From the NCBI GenBank assembly GCA_964188305.1, contig OZ076889.1: a stretch of 64,000 nucleotides of DNA; one strand, given 5' to 3'. Every line of letters begins with the position of its first letter. Within the stretch, counting starts at the first letter, position 1. Both the position numbers and the translations under genes were made by a program. This document shows positions 58,286 to 64,000 of the stretch, piece after piece. The notes below the pieces were generated by a model that was not told the DNA's origin, ran no database searches, and was given only the letters and a program-made list of their open reading frames with translations. Source of the DNA: Podarcis bocagei. Taxonomy: Eukaryota.

Positions 58286-61200
58286 AAAGGTCTCTACCTT
58301 TTTTTTAATCAGTCTACAAGTGTGGAGTATTTTAACACTAGCATCACAAAACTATGAAGCAGTTAGAATGCAAAGCTGTGCATTTAAATGTTCCTCCTCA
58401 CATCATTAATAGCAGGGAAGGGTTTTGAAGTGGCAACAACAGGTGGAAATTGGTCCTGAGAAGTAAAATGAAGAGTGTGGTAATTCTCTGTAATGTGCCA
58501 TTTTGCAAATCTACACAAATAGAACAGTAACCATGGGTGAGTTATTCATAATTCATTTGGGGAAGCAGAAGACTGGCAAAGGTCATTATTGAGTGATAAA
58601 ATCGCCCCAACCTTGCCCTTGCCCAAGGAGTTACTGTGATGAGGATCTGGCCTGCTGACTAGAACAGTCTATTCCTCCCAGCTATCTGGCTTCTATTAGC
58701 TTTGTTACAAGTTGAGAGAGAAAGGAAAGAGGGAAGCATAAAAAAGAACAGCTCTACAGGTTTGGAACATTTTAAACTCAGGAGTTAATCATCACAGCAA
58801 ATTTATTAGCATACAGTTATGTTCCACTTATGTGTGGGGCAGCAAAAGAGGTTGGAGAAAATATTTTGGGGAGTGGAAGCAGCTACCTCATATTAGCCCA
58901 GGAGAAATACCAGATTATATAACCTCTTGAAGATCAGTGGCTCTGTGTGGGATTTTAAATTTAGGTAGCACTTCAAGCATGAGGGGGGCATGACACTGTA
59001 CAGTATGATCCAAGAAAGGGTATTCTTATGATCCCTCTGCAAATACAGTGCTAGTTACTGCAATGCCCGATTGTCAAAGACTCCATACTTTAAAAAACTA
59101 GGTGTAATAATCTTGTTGCTTACTGAGTCCTCCTGATAAGAAAAAGGCCAAGCACCCACATAGATTCTGTTAAATGTCTTTGTGATTTTGATAACAGAAT
59201 CGTTGAGATATTACTGATGCAGCTGTAGGCTTTTGTAAGTGTAAATGGAATTGTGCCCAAATGCCTTCACTCTTTTTTCCTCAGAGGCCGGCATCAGCCA
59301 ACCACTCTTCTGCATCACAGCTCTTTTACAAATAGCACCACGGGATCCTATTCTTTTGCACCTTCTGCTCTACAAGTCTGAGCGATGAAAGGACTTGACA
59401 CTGAAGATGTTTAGGCCACATCGTTATCAAAAAAGTCATGATGCACAGTTCTACAACAGGATTTTCCCTCTTTATAATGCCATGACAGTCCTAAGGTTTC
59501 TCAACACAGGGGAGCACTGGACCAACTAAGGCTGCAATCTTACATGCTTCCCTTAAAGTAAGTTTTATTGAATTTGTGGGACTTAGTAGGTATGCAAAGG
59601 ATTATACTGTTAATGATGTATTTAGTATGGGCTAATTAAGGTGCAGATGAAATGCCAGAAGGTTACAGCTGTAACGTATTTTTTATGAAGCAAATACAAC
59701 TTTATATATTTCCAGAACCTGGTCTCTATCTTGATCTGAAAAGACATTGGTATTAATTTGGTAACCTCATGCAGGGATGGAGTCTACATGCTATACTACA
59801 TAAAAGGCTTCTTTTGAGTTAAAACAACATATACTTGGATCTTAAGAGAATGTATTGCATTAATTTCAATCCCATAACTAAGGGCCTTCTGTACAATCCA
59901 TCCAACTATACTCATCTTCATTGGAGCCTTTGCACCATAGCCTAGCAAGTTTCTTTCAAAGGCAAGGATGCAATATCCTGCTTCTCTGTAACAGACTGGG
60001 AGTGGTGCACATTAATGGTTATTCATGCATGTATGTTTTCTTCATGCAACAAAGAGATCAAGTTGTTGTTGTTGTTGCTGTTAAAATTAATGGTTAAAAT
60101 TAATGGCCATTAAAGTGGCAAAACACTTTACTGAACAGCAAAGAGGGGAGCTAATAAAGAGTTCCTTTACTCAAATCGTACAGCAGAGGAATGCATGGTC
60201 ACCAACAAATCGGCATAAGAATTAAAACAGTTCTGTCAGTCATCACTAACTGCATCAGAAAACCACCCAGGGATACCTCTAGCATCCAAACAACAACAAC
60301 ATACTAGACAGACAGCAACACCACTTGTGATCCACAACAATTTCTTACAAACTTGCTAACTGTTGAAAGAATTGCATTTTTCCAGATATGACATACTGCA
60401 AATTTGAGTGCAGGGAAACAGTGATTTCTCCACAACAGGATATAATTTTGAAGAAAAATATATGGACTGTGAACAAAAATGAGAAATCAATACATATTTA
60501 CTGTGCAATAAGAACTTATTTGTGAGGGAAAGCTTTTTATCAGTTTTCAAGACTCTAGTTTTAGGACTTTTCCATTCTAGATTTTGATTTTTCATTTATC
60601 TAAATACTGACCCTAAACTGATCTATTTTAGAGCAGGGATTCCTTGCTGCATTGCATGATGCTCTCCTATACATACAGAATCAACACAAGGAGTAGAATC
60701 CCAGCAGGTATGGTGAATGGTTTAGAAGCACTGCAACGTACACCAAGGCTGGAGCAGCTTCAACAGTTCACACTGAGGAGTTGTAAGCCAATGCCACCCC
60801 TTTCCTGATGACCCCTGCAATTGAGGGGCTATGGAGTAGGAACCCAGGACTGAGGCCACTGCTCAACTGAATGGCATGGAGTAAGATGTAACATCACAAC
60901 AGTTTCTCGAATGTACTCTTGTTTAATTCATTGACTAAAGATTCTGCACATACAATCATTTCAAGAGCAGAACAGCCTGTCCTTCAGCGGTACAAGAATT
61001 CTGCATATTAATTTGATAAAATGAGCCTAGGGAGTATGACTGGCATGCAATGTTATTTGGAGTAATTTAAACAAAAAACCAAGCCAGATCAAAGGAAGAA
61101 AGTTGTGCACCTTTAACATTCATAAACCTATAGGTCATCAATCACAACTTTCCTTTTCTAGATGTGGAGCCCTTAATGTCCTTTTGATACATATTTCAAA

Positions 61201-63589
61201 ACACCTAACAGGGTATCCTCTCAAAGAGTATATATGTTTAAATATGGATTTTCCTTGTTTAGTAGACATATTCAGCATTACAAACAGCTCTTGCGCTATC
61301 TGAATACAGGCTGTGTGAAGAGACAATCACCTTTCATCCCTTCCCTTTTTTCTTCATTTCTTGCTATTAGGAAACCATTCACAAGTGCAACCCTGAACAA
61401 TGTTATGCAGTAATTATGACTACATGACAAAGAGATGTGAACAATTACTGAGGCTGTTTTGAAACCCTATACTAATAAAGTCATTAGATGCTGCCCTTGC
61501 CATGATCCTTCTAAAAGCTTCTGAAGTTACAAGAACACACAGCATTGTTTGTAGGGACAATTGCTGCTGGCAGAATGCAAACCTTGAGTTTAACCATGCT
61601 TCAAATTGATCTTGACATTCTGTTAAGACCACCACTAAAATCAAAAGCAAAGGAGAAAAGGAGAAAATGAGCGGGTGGGATATAATCAAGAAACAGGAGG
61701 GTTCCCTCCTCAACTTCTCTCCTCTGCTTCTTCTACAAAACAAGCCACAGACAAAATGACAAACTTGCCTGGTAGTAAATCTTTATTTCTTAAAACATTA
61801 ATTAGACTCCTGACCCGGGCACCTTTAAGCACCTTTGATAATTATGTTGTTGTAAGTAAATTGAACTGTGTTTAAATTATTATAGACAAAATAGAAGCAA
61901 TTTTTGGCAAACTTAGACAAAAGTCTAAGAATGGACTGCTATCTAAACAGCAACAGATCCAATTCTTTTGCAAGTTACCTCTTGCTAAATTTTATTTCAT
62001 TCCATGAGAATCCATCAGAACTGAAGGCAAGTGAGTGATGCTTAAACTGGCTGCTGTATTTTTCATGTCTTCCAACTAAATCACAAAGTGACTTTGATTT
62101 AGAACATGTATTTGACTTAAAATGGTTCTCTCCCACTTTCTCTACTGATTTAAAAACATTCAGAAGTGGCACAGACCAGACTAAAAGGGCATCTGTCATC
62201 ACTTGCATGTGCACGGAGACCAGTGCATACAAAAGCAGTAAACCTACTGGTTTTCATTCAGATGAACTAGCAAAAAGGATGTATGATCTGTGAATTTGGC
62301 TAATTATTCGGTCATGGAAATAAGGAAATGTGTATGTCAATTACCCCTTTTTTAAGCTGAGACACTAAAGGAGAAAGAAACACTTTAAAATTAAGACTAG
62401 CAAGCACCGGCCAAGGAAAAGAGGATTTGAAATATTGTACTCAAGGGCTCGGGGCTAAACACAACAAACAGACATGTGTTTGGTCAACGAGTTTGATCCT
62501 GAATTGCTGATGAGTTATAACCATGTGCATAGAAATTGATATGATTCTTCAGTAGCTGCTATTATTTAACTTGCATTTTATTTAACTTGATAAATTAATT
62601 GTGGCTTTGTTGGTTTTTTATGGTTTATGTCAACCACTTTGGGTGCAAGAATAATAAACTTTATTATTATGCTAACAATAATAAGGCCATCAGGTAAGGA
62701 TGAGCATCAGTGCTCCACTGTGGACTTCCTGGCCCCACATAATCTCTTTCAATCCTCCATCATAATGAGAGGAAGGTAAAATGCAATTTTAGGTCTGACT
62801 CCTTCTGCAGATAATAGCGGCTTTGAATAAAGGCTGCAGAGTGAGGAAATGGAGAGAGAAAGAACCAATAGGCTGCAGTAGTAATGTACCTGGTTTGGCA
62901 ATCCAATTGTCCGCTGTTCAAATTGGACGATACTTTGTGGAAATATGCATACAATAGCTTGGATTCTAAGAAAAGTGAGCAGAAGGAAGTTCACAGAAGG
63001 AAAGGTCCCTTCCTCCCCTATCCCAGCAGCCACCAGTGCTATCACCAGCTTCTCCAGAGGATCAGGGGCTCCTCCTGAACAACATGGAAAAAGGTATGGT
63101 GGGGGTTTCTGGAGGAGGGAGAACCCACCAAAAATCATGTCTGACTCTCCAGGCAGGAGGAACAATTTTTCTATGAATATCTTTCCACCCACTTAAGAGT
63201 CCAAGACATTTGCTTTAATTTTCAATAAAATATCTAACCTTAATCTGTCCTCATGCCACCAAAGTGACAAGTCCATATTAAGTTAACAGGTATTTGTAGA
63301 TACAAATAACAAAGTCTATCAACAATCATAGCCAGGACTTTATATTTTTAATATATTGTGTTGGGAAGATAGTAATTTAATATTACCCCATCTGTTAGAT
63401 TTATAAAGTAGCCTTCACAATTTTCATGTGATAGCACTATGGTCTCTAGTTAGCAATTCCTCACTATCCCCATGCTGCATGAATAACCCTGCAGCCTAAG
63501 AGTAACCTAAACCTATATGTATATATTAAGTATTAATTGTATTTTGACCTTCCCTATGCTCCACCTAGAATGGAAGCATGGCTGGGAGG

Positions 63590-63890
63590 GAGAAGAGAAG
63601 GCTCTCTCAGTGGCTGCACCCAATATCTTACCTCATGAAATGTGGCTGGCACCCTCTGTCACTGTTTTTCACTGGTTGTTGAAGACTTTTTTTCTGGCAG
63701 GCTTTTCTTATACGAGGTTGACAATGTTGTAATGATTTTTTAAAAACTGTTGATGTCATCTCTTTTGAAAAGTTTTTTTGCTCATTTTATTAAATCGCAA
63801 TCTTTATAGGCTGTAAGACACCCTGAGCAGAGTGTATTTATACAAGAAGGGTATGCTCTAAATGCTCTAATGAAATAAAATTAAATAAAA
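63590..63890 (+). mobile_element. L2 LINE 3' fragment
   Basis: KALSVAAP motif (ORF track 63517..63732) and an A-rich tail. Confidence 0.6.
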
Positions 63891-64000
63891 AATAGTTTGT
63901 TTATATATAGCCATTTGAAAACTGCTATACAATAATTCCTTTGTCACAAACTGATAGCAAAACCCAAAAGTGTAAGCTTAAGCATCTTTTTGTATTTCAC

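Overview
Vertebrate (squamate, very probably lacertid lizard) genomic DNA, AT-rich and mostly non-coding. The one protein-coding gene I can support is the 3' part of FAF1 (Fas-associated factor 1, UBXN3A) on the minus strand. It has six canonical GT-AG exons (52160-52296, 50412-50500, 37335-37415, 36834-36911, 33259-33474, 17832-17915). They splice in frame to give the end of the UAS domain, the coiled coil and the complete UBX domain, ending ...PQETLFLEAKE*. The 3' UTR has two candidate poly(A) signals. Everything to the right of 52296 is intron, including a 284-N assembly gap. Positions 1 to ~16,700 lie downstream of FAF1 and contain no gene; by vertebrate synteny DMRTA2 should lie just left of the window. 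The rest is lizard repeat landscape: two Sauria SINEs (one split by a Rex1/Babar-like LINE end), several Tc1/mariner-pogo and hAT MITEs (densely clustered at 11.9-13.9 kb), a Gypsy-type solo LTR, CR1 and L2 3' ends, other tRNA-derived SINEs and microsatellites. Repeat-free, motif-dense blocks look like conserved non-coding elements; the best one (14.6-15.0 kb) carries a cluster of DMRT-type sites. Nearly all ORFs in the supplied track are spurious. I do not see a demonstrably new biological system. The most promising leads are the candidate DMRT-responsive enhancer, a MITE tiled end to end by about ten hairpins, and matching lesions at one hairpin in both Sauria SINE promoters.
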